Origin: Lama guanicoe | Lineage: Eukaryota | Assembly: GCA_013239625.1 (NCBI GenBank) | Contig: MU054400.1 | Coordinates: 4,465,802 to 4,529,801 of the forward strand | DNA: 64,000 nt | Direction of reading: 5' to 3' | Shown: positions 11,883 through 24,568 of the stretch, one piece after another | Position numbering within the stretch: the first letter of the stretch is position 1 | How the letters are laid out: each line of letters starts with the position of its first letter | Position numbers and translations under genes: made by a program | Notes under the pieces: generated by a model | The model's input: the letters and a program-made list of their open reading frames with translations, nothing else | Told to the model about the DNA's origin: nothing | The model's database searches: none

Positions 11883-13424
11883 AACAGAATGGATGTCTCA
11901 CAAGGTAATTAGCACCTTCCAATGCATGGAATATACTATGCTCAGAAAAAAAAAAGGCAGTCACCCTGTAATTGCATACCTGCATACGAAGAAAATTCAA
12001 AGAAATTGCTTAGTTTGTTTTCTATTCCAGTGAAAACTATGAACTGACTACACAGTCGTATGGTGCACATGTCAACTGTACAATAACTTCTCCCTCAGCC
12101 TGTAGTTTATTATATTTCAAATCTCTGATTTTAAGCAAAGGCTGTAATCTAAGCAGTGTTGGGATTCCTAGGGAAATTCCAAGCCAGTTTATTGGAAATA
12201 CCCGTTTTTAAACATTACCCAAGAATTCTATGTCTTTAATATTTTTATGCCATTATTGTGACTTTTTATTCTGATATAATTCCAAACTTACAGAAAAGTT
12301 GCAAGAATAATACAAAGAAGTCCAAATGCCATCAGATTCACCAGAGCTTACATTTTTCCCATTTTCTTTGTCATTCTTTCTCGCTATACATATTTCTTCA
12401 ATCTTTTTTTATCCTTTAAATACAAACATATTGCATGTGCACTGGAAAAATAAAATGATTTATATACATGCAATTATTCAAACAAGTGTAATCTCCCTGC
12501 CTCCCTAGAGAAAATCACTGCTAACACTTTCTTGAGAGAAGCAAAGGAAATAATCTATCCTAAAATGCTTGGCCAACTGTAAAATGCATATAGAAATATG
12601 AGTTACATCAAAAACGAAACAAAACCAAAAAAAGCTAGTTAATTCTGTGTTTCTCTTGCAGTTGAACTGGCCATGACCTTGTACTCTATCCTTCTCTTTG
12701 AATTGACTGAGTCTTGGATGGAATGAAATGGCGAAGTGGAAAGTCACAGCAAAATGGAAGCAATGATCACACTTCCGTGATATGTATCATAGGACATTCA
12801 GAGAGTAGCAGAGGCACCTATGCTCTCACAGAGCCACACGAAGGAAATGAACCAACGTCGCTAAGTGTGTCTTGTAATTGTTTTTCCTGGCCCACCACGT
12901 CTAAGCCATTGGCCTCCCATCAGTGATCATGTTTACTTGGAATCACAACAGACAGAGCATGGCTGAACCAGTTCCAACCAGAGGCAGTTCACAGACAGGA
13001 CCCCCGGCTGCAAACCTGCTGACAATGGATAGAGAGAAGTGAAAAATAACAGTGAATGAAAAGGAGCGACGCTAACAAAGAATATGTTAAAACAGCAGCC
13101 ACGACAAGAAGTGCCCCACATCGGTGTTTACAATGTGTTTTTCTTCCTGTGGCCACCCGAGCCTGACGTTTCTCACAATGAACACTCCTAGCCTCGTGGA
13201 ACCTCACAGATGCCCGGAGGGTTTGCAGACAGCAGCCACGGCTGTAAACACAAACGGACCCTTACAAGTTCCTGGGAAGTGGCTGGAGACAGCTCCTTGG
13301 GGAGGGCAGGGTCTTCCAACGCTGCAGGGAAGACCTATTCGCAGAAAGAATGTGAGCAGTTGTAAGCAAATGTGTGCACACCTGTGAGCTAGGGCATTTG
13401 GAGGTATGTAACTTAGTTCATGTC

Positions 13425-13960
13425 TAAACCATGGCTGTCACCTAAATGTCCATCAACAGATGACTGGATAAAGAAGCTGTGGTATATTTACACAATGGAA
13501 TACTACTCAGCCATAAAAAAGAATAAAATAATGCCACTTGCAGCAACATGGATGGATCTGGAAAGCATCATTCTAAGTGAAGTAAGCCAAAAAGAGAAAG
13601 AAAAATAATATCACTCATATATGGAATCTAAAGAAAAAAAAGAAAAAAGAAGACACTAACGAACTTATCTACAAAACCGAAACAGACTCACAGACACAGT
13701 ATACAAACTTATGGTTACTTACTTAGTATGTATGTATACTTAGTATACAAACTTAGGGAAAAGGGGTGGGAAGGATAAATTGGGAGTTTGAGATTTGCAA
13801 ATATTAACTGCTATATGCAAAGCAGATAAAAAACAAATGTCTTTTGTATAGGACAGGGAACTATATTTACTATCTCGCAGTAATCCATAACGAAAAAGAA
13901 CATGAAAAGGAATATATGTATGTATATGTATGACTGAAACATTATGTTGTACACAAACAA
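13425..13960 (+). mobile_element. Lineage-specific L1, ORF2 end plus 3' UTR
   Basis: Peptide [41 protein letters not shown] is the L1 ORF2 C-terminus; 3' UTR follows. Confidence 0.95.
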
Positions 13961-14637
13961 CACTGGACCACAGCTTTCAAATGTTCAAAAACATAAACAA
14001 GTAAATCTATAACTGGGGATAGCAAAACATTTCACTGTATGAAACATTGTTAAAAAATTCTAAAATAGTGTACTAAGCAATCTATATACGGAAAATGTAA
14101 AGGGAAGTTTCTTTCCTACATTTCCAAGTAAAAATTGATGCTCTGAAAAGCTGTGTGCTGCCCACCCTGCGGCCCCTCTCCCTGGAACTCTGCTTCCCAG
14201 TCTTCTCTTTCCCAGGTAGAGCACCCAGGACCTTTCCTCTGTAGGAAGCACAGGCCAGTGGGACAGAAATCCAAGCTCCTTTGCTGACTTGACTCAGTCT
14301 TTGGGACCAAGTCCCTCCTCATGGGGTTCTGGGGACACTGGAAAACCAGAGAGTAGAATCCAGACTTAAGGCTGTAGAAACAAAAAGGCTGCTAAAAGTT
14401 ACTTGCATGGAAGTTCCATGTTGAAATCAGCACATGGGTAACAGATTCATTGGCGTTAGACCATGAAATCAGGGCTTTCAGAAATTTAGTTTGTCAGGGA
14501 AAGAAGAGTAGATGATTTAAGACAAAACTAAGGGAACAGGAGACGAAAAAAAATTTTTAATAAAATATCTAGATACTGAGATGTTTTTGTAGTTGATGGG
14601 GAAGGCCTTCAAAGCCACATCAAATGAGGAGTGGAGA

Positions 14638-14754
14638 GGGGAGGGTATATATAGCTCAGTGGTAGAGTGCATGCCTGGCATGCATGAGGTCCCGGGTTCA
14701 ATCTCCAGTACCTCCATCAAATGAATAAATAAATAAAATTTGTTAAGATTTTGA
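14638..14754 (+). mobile_element. tRNA-Ala-derived SINE (Vic-1-like)
   Basis: tagctcagtggtagagtgcatg...gggttcaatctccagtacctcc; flanks aaatgaggagtg / aaattaggagtg. Confidence 0.92.
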
Positions 14755-14782
14755 AAATTAGGAGTGAGAGGAGGATCCCAGT

Positions 14783-15185
14783 ATACTTAGCCTGAAGAAG
14801 AGAAATTCTACTGGGAAGATAAATGTCTTCAACTTTTAGATGGCTGTTAGGGTGGGATCCAATTAGCAGTTATTAATGACAGACAGATTATTCTTCAACA
14901 CTAGGAAGACATTCTTAATTGTTTTAGATATTTTACAATCAAATGGGTAAATATTTTACAATCAAACTGGAGGAACAGAGTTCTCTGTCATGGAAGGTGT
15001 CCAACATTGACACTTCCTTGGATTTATGTCTCAGGAGAATGTTGAGTTAGGGTCCGATGGCAAGCAACCACAGAACAGGTAGGATGTCTGTAGGCAGGTC
15101 CCAGTTTGTGGCAGGCATCTAAACACCATTGGTTAGATGAATTATGCCCAAGCTTCCTTTGCAACTAATCACTTGATTCTATGAA
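14783..15185 (+). mobile_element. L3/CR1 LINE 3' fragments
   Basis: ttagcctgaagaagagaa...tgtcttcaa, taggaagacattctt, gagttctctgtcatggaaggtgtccaa, terminal gattctatga. Confidence 0.6.
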
Positions 15186-15349
15186 GTCTAGGGAGGGGAC
15201 AAGAGTGTGGGAATACAAAGATACGCTGGAGAGAAAAGCACAGCGTGCTTTTTGACAACACATAATTGATGCAGTCCCTTAGGAAATACTCAAATATTTC
15301 AAGGCCAAATTTCCATGGAACACATACAGTGGCCAGCTCTACAGCCCAT

Positions 15350-15790
15350 GACTTAGGGTATTACCAGCTGCTGTAACAAATAAACACTAAGATTTTAATG
15401 ACTTGATGCAACAGAAGTTGATTCTTGCAGACACAGAGGGCAATGCAGGTGATCCTGGTGAACAGGCAATCCTGGGGATTCAGAGACAAAGCCTTCTTCT
15501 ACCTCACAGTTCTGCCTTGCTTTAAGGCCTCAGAGTCATTTGCAGGGGAAAGGACTTGAGGGGGCATGAATACAAAGGTTTTCTGAGCCAGGCTTAGACA
15601 TGGCACACTTGCATTCTGTTCCCATTGCAATGGAGAGCTTTCGTTCACATCTAGTTGCAAGGCCACACCTAACTGCAAAGGAGGCTGGGAGCTGAAGTCT
15701 AGCTGGTGTCTCCTCTGCTGTAACCATGTGCACCCTTCCTCCCACACGCAGATTACCAGCAAGCCCTCCCAGAGCACCATCTGTAATAGC
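15350..15790. mobile_element. Old MaLR LTR (MLT1J/K/L-like)
   Basis: agctgctgtaacaaata, ggccacacctaactgcaaaggaggctgggagctgaagtcta. Confidence 0.7.
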
Positions 15791-17828
15791 AACCATTTCA
15801 AAGGTTAAATTTTTTTAAATTTGTGGGCAAATCAAGTGGCTAATAATATGCTAATGAACTTCGCAGTGATCCCAATACAATATTGAGAAGACTGCCAAAG
15901 GCCCATTGCAGGAGTTTATCTTCCAAGCAAGGAGGCTCAGGACTGTGTCGGCTGGCATTCCGAAGCCGATGGCCATACTTAATACTATTTTCCTTTCTTC
16001 CTCTGAACATTGAAAGGGATGATATCTCAACCAGCACCTGATATGATACGTTCTAGTTTTTCAACTTCTCTTGTAGTTTAAGAGGTTCTTTAATACCTAG
16101 CCAATGGTTCCTTCTTCTTGGCATCAAGCCAACTCACGCTGCTCACGCCCGTCCGTGGGCACAGGCTGGTATGCCAGTAAAAAGAACAGCAAGATCAAAC
16201 ACGAGCAAGAACTAATGCCTTTGCATACCTGTCTCCCACCTTTCCTGTGCGAAGTGATGGACACATTCTTGCTCTATGACACTTGAGCTACCTCCAGGAC
16301 TTCGTATCTTCAACATTTTGGGCAAGTCAGCTGAGCAACCTTCCACTCACCCAACACCCCATCAACTCAGGCTGAGTACAGCATTATTTTCGTTATATTT
16401 TTCATCAATTACATTTTTCCTTACTAACTTATCAATCGCTTCTCTTTTATTCAGATGACTTTATGTCTCTTTGCTCTGTTTTGAAGCCTTTCTTCTATTT
16501 GATCTTCCAGACCAATACTTTTTGTTCTTAACAACGATGCCCTTCTTTGACGGAGCTACTGAATTTTTAAATAGAAAACTTAGTTTTCTCATTGCAAAAT
16601 GTCTGGTTTTGTATTATCTTTATTGTCCAAGTTGTGATTGATTTGTCTCTTCAGCTGCCTGTTTTCAGAGTTCAACTTGCTCCCCGCTCTCTGGGGTTAC
16701 CTTGCAAATTTTCTTTGCCTGTTCCTGATTCTCTTCACCCTCGGGACTCAATTCAGATCCAAGGGAATCCTCGTGGAGGTGCAGATTCCTGCTGGTAAAG
16801 TGGCTGGCTTGTGTGAGACACCAGAAGAAATCTGCTCCCATGAGGATGCTCAGCAGAGAGATCTGCCTTCACCCAGCCTCATAAGAAGACAGGAAGTCAG
16901 CACACGGGGCATCTCCTCCCACAGTTCCAGAGCCTGGGAAGCCCACAGGTCCTCTAAGGATCACATGTGAAGGAGGCGCAGCACACACTCGGGGACCACA
17001 GATCTCTGGGGACCATGGAGTTCCACCACCCTCACTCAGACATCCAGGCTCCTACCCAGGCTGCAAACTCCTGCACCTGCTTGGCCTCCCCTGGTCCCTG
17101 GCAGAGCCTGAGGGTCACAGCCTTCGATCCTGCTCACTTACAAGCCCAGCAGCCATGCACCCAGGACAGTGGGCAGGTGATCTAAAGGAGGCAGACAGGG
17201 AGGTGCTCACCGCAGCCAACTTCCCAGAATCTTGTCTGCAATGTTAAGAATCTCCAAATTCTTCCTGATAAAATTTCAGTTTGCTTATCTCCTTTAAGGC
17301 GCGGCATTTGGCTGCAATTCAAATCTTTTAGCGAGGACTCTTGAGAACCAAGAGATAACTTTTCAGGTTCAAGGATTTGAAGGCAAAAGAATTCTTCTTC
17401 TGACAGCTTGGTTTGTTTCAGGAACGTACAGGACTCTCAGCTAGTCACTGATGTTTCTGCATCATGACATCTCTGTCTCATAAAGGTGGCTTGGGAACGT
17501 TCACTGATTGGCCAGGGCTGTTGGAGGGGAAATAGTTACAAGAAAACCAACCATCACTGTGCACAGGAATCTCATAAGGATTGATAATAATGACATGCTC
17601 TTACACTCATTGTGCATTACTATATGACAGACCTGCTTCAAAGCAAGTATTTTCTGCAAGTAATGCCATCAAATTATCACAACAATCCCCGATCCACCTT
17701 GCTGAAGCAACAGCAAGACTAAGAAATAGTTACAAGAAAGACAATGTGAAATTACTGACATTCTAAGATTAGTAGTAGGAGTCAATGCAAACCCTCAGCC
17801 CTGGCTCTTAATTTTTGTTACCAAGTAT

Positions 17829-18326
17829 TGTAATAGGGAAAAGGAAATCTGACTCCATACTGGATCTGTTTCTTTTACTTTAGCCTTTGCATTCTATTGC
17901 TTTTGCTACCAGTTAATCACTAAAAGGATGCTGCCTGTCAGCTTAAATTATATATATGATGGGTCCATCTCTGGGAACCCTGTCTCCCAGGTAACGAGCG
18001 TTAAGCTAAAATACTTTGTTTTGCTCCCAGGAAACATCTGACCAGGCCCACCTGTGAATGACTGCAGGCGGGAAGAAATGAACACCTCCCCTCTGGAGGC
18101 GGACCCGGAACCAGGAAATGTTTGATTTTACTCCTTCCCCTTTTAGTATAAAGGAAGCCTGAATCCTGGCTCAGGCAAGGTGCTTCTTTGGGACACTAGT
18201 CCACCATCTTCTCAGTCTGCCGGCTTTCCAAATAAAGCAGCTTTTTTTTTTTTTAACCACAACAACTCATCTCTCAATTTATTGGCCTGTTGTGCAGTGA
18301 GCAGTACTGGCTTGGACTCGGTAACA
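17829..18326 (+). mobile_element. ERV1-class solo LTR (MER41-like)
   Basis: TG...CA termini (tgtaataggg / ggactcggtaaca), TATA box agtataaa, AATAAA, 4-bp flanks gtat / atat. Confidence 0.85.
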
Positions 18327-18789
18327 ATATCTTCACTCAGAAACATCTACAATTTAATCTTATTACCATTTCTTAAAGTGAAACATTAATTTTGAAAAGG
18401 TAAGAACATACTCTCATAACTTTAAAAGTGAATAAATACAAACTTTCTGAAAATCTCCCCAAAATGTGAGTATTCTACCACCAACTGACATCACATCCCA
18501 GAGAAGCTTTGCTTTTGGAAATCAATTGTTCTGGGACATGGGCTGCCAGAGGTGCGTCCCTCCAGAAATGGGGAAAAGGAGTCGGAAGTTGGTTCAAAGC
18601 TAGAGCCCAGCCTATGCGGCGGCATGCTCATGTCCCTTCTGCTTTATAAGGCATTCTGCCTATCAGCTGCCATCTAGCTGAACAATGTAACAGCTGAAGC
18701 AGCTACAGACAGTGATGGTGACAGATGATCCCAGGGAAGAGCAAACCACTAAAAACCTGATTGTTCAGTCCTTCAGCAGAGAGCTTGCT

Positions 18790-18992
18790 GCTGAGCCTCT
18801 GGGCCAGGCTGCTGAGTCTGATTTCTAGTTCTACCTTTCTTTTCATCTGGGGCAATTCACCTAACATCTCCAAGCCGCAATTTGCTCAGCAAAATGAGGA
18901 AAGTAACAGCTCAAAGAGTCGTGAAGGATTAAATAAGATAGTACGTGTAAGTACTTAGGTTAAATGAAGCTCATTAAATGCCAGCTCTTATT
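18790..18992 (+). mobile_element. MIR SINE
   Basis: ggggcaattcacctaacatctccaagccgcaatttgctcagcaaaatgagga, gtgaaggattaaataaga. Confidence 0.7.
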
Positions 18993-19046
18993 ACTAGCGA
19001 GCAGTTACTACGTTCCGGGCAGGAGCTAAGTGCCGAGAATAAATAA

Positions 19047-19540
19047 TGTTACCAAAGGTGGCCACATCAGTCCCGCCGTCCCTCATGCTCTTCTGCAGCG
19101 TGGCTTTGCCATTCCTGCCATCGAAGGGTGGAGTCTATTACCCTTGCCCTTGAACCTGGGCATTCCTCTGTCTTGTTTTGCCTAAAGTGTTGCTGTGTGA
19201 CTTCTGGGCTAGGACTTAAGAGACATCGCCCCCTTCATTTTTGCCATCATGTGACAAGGCTCCTACTAGACTGTTGAATGACAACAGACGGCTGGACAGA
19301 GAGAAGCCACACAGGGAGGAGAACGAGATGTCCCAGTTAACAGCCAAGGACAAAGCCCCAGACGTGTGAGGGGGAGGGGCACGGAGGCTTTTCCAGCTCC
19401 AGCTGAGCCACCAGAGGCCAGCTGTGCCCACCGCCCTCACCCAAATTCCATACCCCAAAATCATGACCAATTCAATGGTTGTAATTTTAAGCCATTAAGT
19501 TCTGGAGTGGTTTGTAATGCAGCAAGAGAAAACTGAAACA
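19047..19540 (+). mobile_element. MaLR solo LTR (MLT1F/G/H-like)
   Basis: ggtggagtcta..cccttgaacctggg; 3' end tttaagccattaagttctggagtggtttgtaatgcagcaagagaaaactgaaaca. Confidence 0.8.
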
Positions 19541-19889
19541 GAAGCCTTAACCAATCCTTAGTGGAAGCTTAGCAGAGACCCAGATACCACCCCCGGGTCA
19601 CGTGGGAAATACTACGATAGAGATGTTAGGTCTACACAACCCACTGTGGGCACACAGCCAGGCCATGGTTTGTCCTGCCAGGGCCAGAGACGGGGAGAGA
19701 GAAACCTTGGGAGGTGGGAGGGGACCATCAAAGCTGCCTGAGTAGGCACGGCCATGTGGAAAATTAAAGGACATTCCTGCTGTCCAAGAAGGGCATATCA
19801 TGTCCCAGGCAGGGGGAGCTGGCAGGCCTGGAAGCATCAGAGGGAATGCATGTTCCTGTGCCATCTAAGTCACATAATTGGGCTTGTCT

Positions 19890-20206
19890 TTTTATTTTTT
19901 CAGTTGAAGTATAGTCAGTTTACAATGTCGCGTCAATTTCTGGTTACAGCATAATGTTTCAGTTGTACATAGACATACAGAGATACCTTTTCGTATTCTT
20001 TTTCATTACAGGTTACCACAAGGTACAGAATATAGTTCCCTGTGCTATACAGAAGGACCTTGTTGTTTATCTATTTTATATATAGTAGTTAGTATCAGCA
20101 CATCTCGAATTCCCAATTTATCCCATTCTAAGTGAACTCAGACAAAAAGAGAAAGAAAAATACTATATGGTATCACTTATATGTGGGATCTAAAAAAAAA
20201 AGACAC
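19890..20206 (-). mobile_element. Young L1 3' end with 5' inversion
   Basis: Antisense 3' UTR 19890-20124 joined to a sense-oriented upstream 3' UTR piece 20124-20206. Confidence 0.85.
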
Positions 20207-20613
20207 AAGTAGGCTTTTCTAATGAAAAGGACAGATAGAAATTTCACTTATTTAAGTCAAGGACAGCTTCCCACTGTCTTCTTATATGTATGTACTTTGT
20301 CATCCGGACAAAAGATTGTGAGTTCCCTGAAAGCAGGCGTTCTCTTTGCTTTCTTATTTTCTACCTCCAAATCCCACTCTGCCTACCACACACCCTAGCA
20401 CACTGCTTTGCTCTGGTAAAAGCTCCGTTAATATAGAGCAATTGGTGGGTTCATGGATTCTCATCCTTGGAAGGAAACTTTGAGTTCTTCTCATTTAAAC
20501 TCCCTCCCAAACTCCTTCAAAGCTAGACAGCCTCAGACATGGCCACTGCCGATTGGTCAATGGATAAATGCTATACATCTCTTGCCCCAGCCACAAAAGA
20601 ACACAGCTTTGAT

Positions 20614-20750
20614 GGGGAGGGTATAGCTCAGTGATAGAGCGTATGCCTAGCATGCACAAGGTCCCGGGTTCAATCCCCAGTACCTCAATTAAAAAAGAAA
20701 GAAAGAAACCTAATTACCTTCCCCTCCCCAAAAAATAAAAACAAAAAAAG
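20614..20750 (+). mobile_element. tRNA-Ala-derived SINE (Vic-1-like)
   Basis: ggggagggtatagctcagtg...gggttcaatccccagtacc, tail aaacctaattaccttcccctcccc plus A-rich tail. Confidence 0.94.
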
Positions 20751-21174
20751 AAAGAATATAGGGAAAAATCTAGCCCCCAGACTCCCAGGCTGCAGCAGGT
20801 CCAGAGACCTTAGCACTGCCAAGACTCCTTGTGCCCCTTTATAGGAATTATCCAGGTGCTTACTAGATACCTGCCCCTTTGGACTGTAAGCTCCAAGTGC
20901 CAGAGCTTCTACCTTGCTCTTCCCCAGACTCTCAAAGCCTAGCGAAGTGCCTGCCACGGAGCGTATGTGTTGTGTGAAAGAATGAATGAATGAATTCCAA
21001 TTACAAGACAAAGCCTCAGATGCCTAGCAGCTCTTCATTTTTAACATAGCTAGATATGTGTACTGCAGCCAAAGAAATAGCCAAGTTCATGTCAGAAAGA
21101 GATCCAAACATCTGTATTCTATGTATAATCTCTGTATATTCTATTTAATGTCGATAATACTAAATATAAATTAA

Positions 21175-21410
21175 ATGATTACTATAAGCACAGAGTCCTG
21201 CTCTAGGTACTCATGTGTGTTTATCTCATTTTATAAACAGGGAATTTCTTGAAGGTAGTTTCTATTATTATTCTGATTTATAAATGAGGAAATTTGTGGC
21301 ACAGAGAAATTCAGTAACTTGCCCAAGGTCACACAGCTGGTAAGTGGTTGAGCTTGGATTCAGCCCCAGGCAACTGGACTCCAGAGAGATTTCCCTTTAC
21401 ACAGCACAGT
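21175..21410 (-). mobile_element. MIR SINE
   Basis: ttttataaatgaggaaatttgtggcacagagaaattcagtaacttgcccaaggtcacacagct. Confidence 0.85.
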
Positions 21411-22011
21411 GATTCTTCTCTTAAGATTCCATTAAAGTTAAATAATAAATAAATAAGAACTTCAAAAGCCACAGAAGGCTCAGGTGACGAAATGTGGCCA
21501 CTTTTCCCCACAAGGGTTTCTGCCCAGTTCCAGCTAGGTCTGTGTTGAAGACTGGCTGCTTGCCCTCCACAGCCCACCAGAACTGCAGTCAGGCCCAGAG
21601 AAAGCTTCTGAGTGGTTAGGAGTCCAGGCAAGGCAACAGCCATTGAGTGTTGAGCACAGTATGTAGGGGATCCTTTGGTTGGAGCCATTCTAGAGAAATG
21701 CTCTTCCCAAGAAAGGGTGGGATCTGGCAGGTAGGGCCAAGCCCCAGCCTCCCTCTTGAGGGGAGGCCCTGATTCTAGATCCAGCTCCATAATCAACAAA
21801 GCACTGGGGACATTTAGGGTCATTCACGTCCATAACAAGAACTCCGAGCTCCTTCCCAGCAGCGAAATGCTACAGATTATTTTGGAATTCACATGGAAAC
21901 CTAACAGCTCCAGGAAACGCCATTCTAACACCACATGACAACTCCCCAGCCTACTTCCGAATGGCGACCAAGTATGCCTGACAGAAGCTGGTGGTCTGCA
22001 AAAACAGACTG

Positions 22012-22177
22012 TACAGCACAGGGAAATATACACAAGATCTTATGGTAGCTCACAGCGGGAAAAAAGGTGACAATGAATATATGTATGTTCATGTATAACT
22101 GAAAAATTGTGCTCTACACTGGCATTTGACATAACATTGTAAAATGGTTGTAACTCAATAAAAAATGTTAAAAAAAA
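22012..22177 (+). mobile_element. Young 5'-truncated L1 3' end with perfect TSD
   Basis: Same subfamily as 6823-6986 (gtagctcacag variant); TSD aaaaacagactg at 22000-22011 and 22178-22189. Confidence 0.92.
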
Positions 22178-22347
22178 AAAAACAGACTGGATCAAGCCTT
22201 GACGGCCATCAGGCACCATATTTACAACACTCAAACTACGAGAACCACAAACACACTTGCCCCAGACCAGACTCATAGATTTTGCAATATAGTAAATAGA
22301 GAAAGAGCCAGAGTTATCACACGACATTCAGGATGAGTTTCCCCCCC

Positions 22348-22449
22348 CTTTTTTTTTTAAATTGTAGTATAGTCAGTTATGATGTGTCAATTTCTGGTGT
22401 ATAGCGCCATGTCCCAGTCATGCATATATATACATATATTCATTCTTTA
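22348..22449 (-). mobile_element. Very short L1 3' end
   Basis: T-run then gtatagtcagtt..atgtgtcaatttctggtgtatagc. Confidence 0.85.
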
Positions 22450-24074
22450 GTGAGTTTTCTCTTAACAACGTTCTGGCAGACGTCATCATCACTCCATCTC
22501 TTTGAGTATCACTGCACAGAAATAGCAGGAAGGAGACATTGCCATTACAAAACGCTCTGTTTGTGCACTGGCAAACGTCAAAACATTCTGATGAGAGGTG
22601 TTCTCCAAAGTCTCAGCTTGATTCCTTATTCCTTTGCCCATGTGAATGAAGCACATGAGAAAACTGGAGACGCCCCACACACCATCTTGCTCCAGTGAGA
22701 GTGAAATTTCCAAATAAACATCTGTGCTGGGTTTCCAGTCTCCACTTGACAGCAAAAAGGAAACTACAGACTGACAAGAAGAGAAGCAGGGGATGTGGAG
22801 AACTCTAGGGTTGGAAGAAAATCCGCTTTCCAGTTCTCCTCTCCTCCCCACCTTCCAAACTCAATGCCTTCTCCTCAGTGTCCATCACCCACTTGGAAGC
22901 CAACGCTGAGAGTTTAAAACACAGCGACACCCTCATGTGTTCAGCTTTGTTACGTAACGCAGAGAGAAAGAGAGCAGAAGTCCTCGCTGAGGCTGAGAGA
23001 GTGTTAATAAATCAGTGGCCTCTGTCTTGTTCCCAGTCCCTCCGGTACTGAGCCTCAAGATCTGAAAGCAGACTGGCCTCTAGGAGAACTGTGGCTCCAA
23101 CAACTATTATCTGCGTGATCACGGCAGGCTGGTTAGCTTCTCATTGCCTTTATCCCCGCTCCTGTAAAACGAGGATAAGGAATAGCAAGCATTGGAGAGT
23201 TGTGGGAGGGGATTAAGTGGTTCCCGAGTGCAAGTGAAATTAGCAAGGGAAGCATGTGGGAAACTCCAGTGTGAACTGTTAGCAATGCTGTTCTTTTTAT
23301 TGATCACCCTTATCACACCATTCAAATCAGGATGGATCTGTTAACTGGAACTCCCACCAGGAGAGAAGCTCATTGACACTAATGTATACATCAGTGATGT
23401 ATCTTCATGTTCCACCTTACATGTCTAATTGTGAAACTGAAAAACTGTTTCCCTAGGTTTTATTTATTCAACAAACATTTACTGAGGACATACTGTATAC
23501 TGGGTACTATAATGAATTTCTAACATGTGAGGGGTACTCGGGAAATGCTGATGAATGAATGAATGAATGAATGAATGATCTGCCCACAGATGCAACTCTT
23601 GGATGCAACTGTGGAGGCCACTGGGGCAGAGACGCTTGTCCATCCCTTTATCCCAGCTCCTTTCAAACCTGAGTGCTTCCTGCTCCCACCTAGGGCTGCA
23701 GAGCTCCTGGCCTAGCCCTTCTCCTGTTTCCCTGCTTGGCTTCCAACCAAGAGGTTCTGACAAAGAAGCAGTCATTAGAACGCCTTCTCTTTGTATTACT
23801 ACGTCAGGGGTTATAAAGGATGCTCAAAAAGAAGGCATCTCACAGACGTATGGAAAGTGCCTTCTCCCTTTAATCCAGTCAAGGACTCATTCTGCCCTGT
23901 GTAACAGGACCGTCTCCGAACTGTGGACACTGAGTGAGAAAGAAACAGTTTGTGCACAGCTGGCCTGGGCTGGGCTCAGCACATGGAGTCTGTGCTTTGC
24001 TCGGCTCTGGGAATCATCTAGCTGTAACTTCATCTTTATCTCCATGGAGTGAGCATTGATTGATTACTGATTTT

Positions 24075-24568
24075 TGGTCACCAATATCCATCCTCCCTTG
24101 TTCTTGTGACTTGGAATATGCCCCCTCCTCTGGAAGTGTGACTTGGAAGGGACCCTCTCTCTCCCCCAGTCCCCCAAATGGAGCAAATGTCATAGCATGG
24201 ACCACAGAGATAGGTGAAGGGAGGGGGGCACCTGTCTCAAGTTGGTCCAATCAGGATGAAGCACAGGACTAGAGCAGGTGATTCCAAGAGGAAACATTCT
24301 CTTTTACATTTAATATGGACTGGGGGAGAGTGACCTTGACTCTAGGAGCCACAGGATGGCACCTGGGAATGAGGCAAGTCTAGGGAAAGACAGACCTGAG
24401 CCCCAGGAAAAGACTGCCTTCATGATTTCACTTAAGCCTCTGAATCATGCTTGAAGCCAGATTTCCTCTAAATTTTTCAGCTCTGTGAGTAAATAAATTC
24501 CTTTGTCCCTTCTTAAGCCCGTCAAGGTTCTGCTTTTATTTACAGCCAAGAGAGTCCTATGTTACCCA
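24075..24568 (+). mobile_element. Old ERVL LTR (LTR16/LTR33-like)
   Basis: ttggtccaatcagg; 3' end aataaattcctttg..cttaagcc..ttacagccaagagagtccta. Confidence 0.6.

Noticed and set aside
13420..13608. ORFs with WIKKLWYIY motif (also 55405-55587)
   Set aside because: These are L1 ORF2 C-terminal remnants, not host genes.
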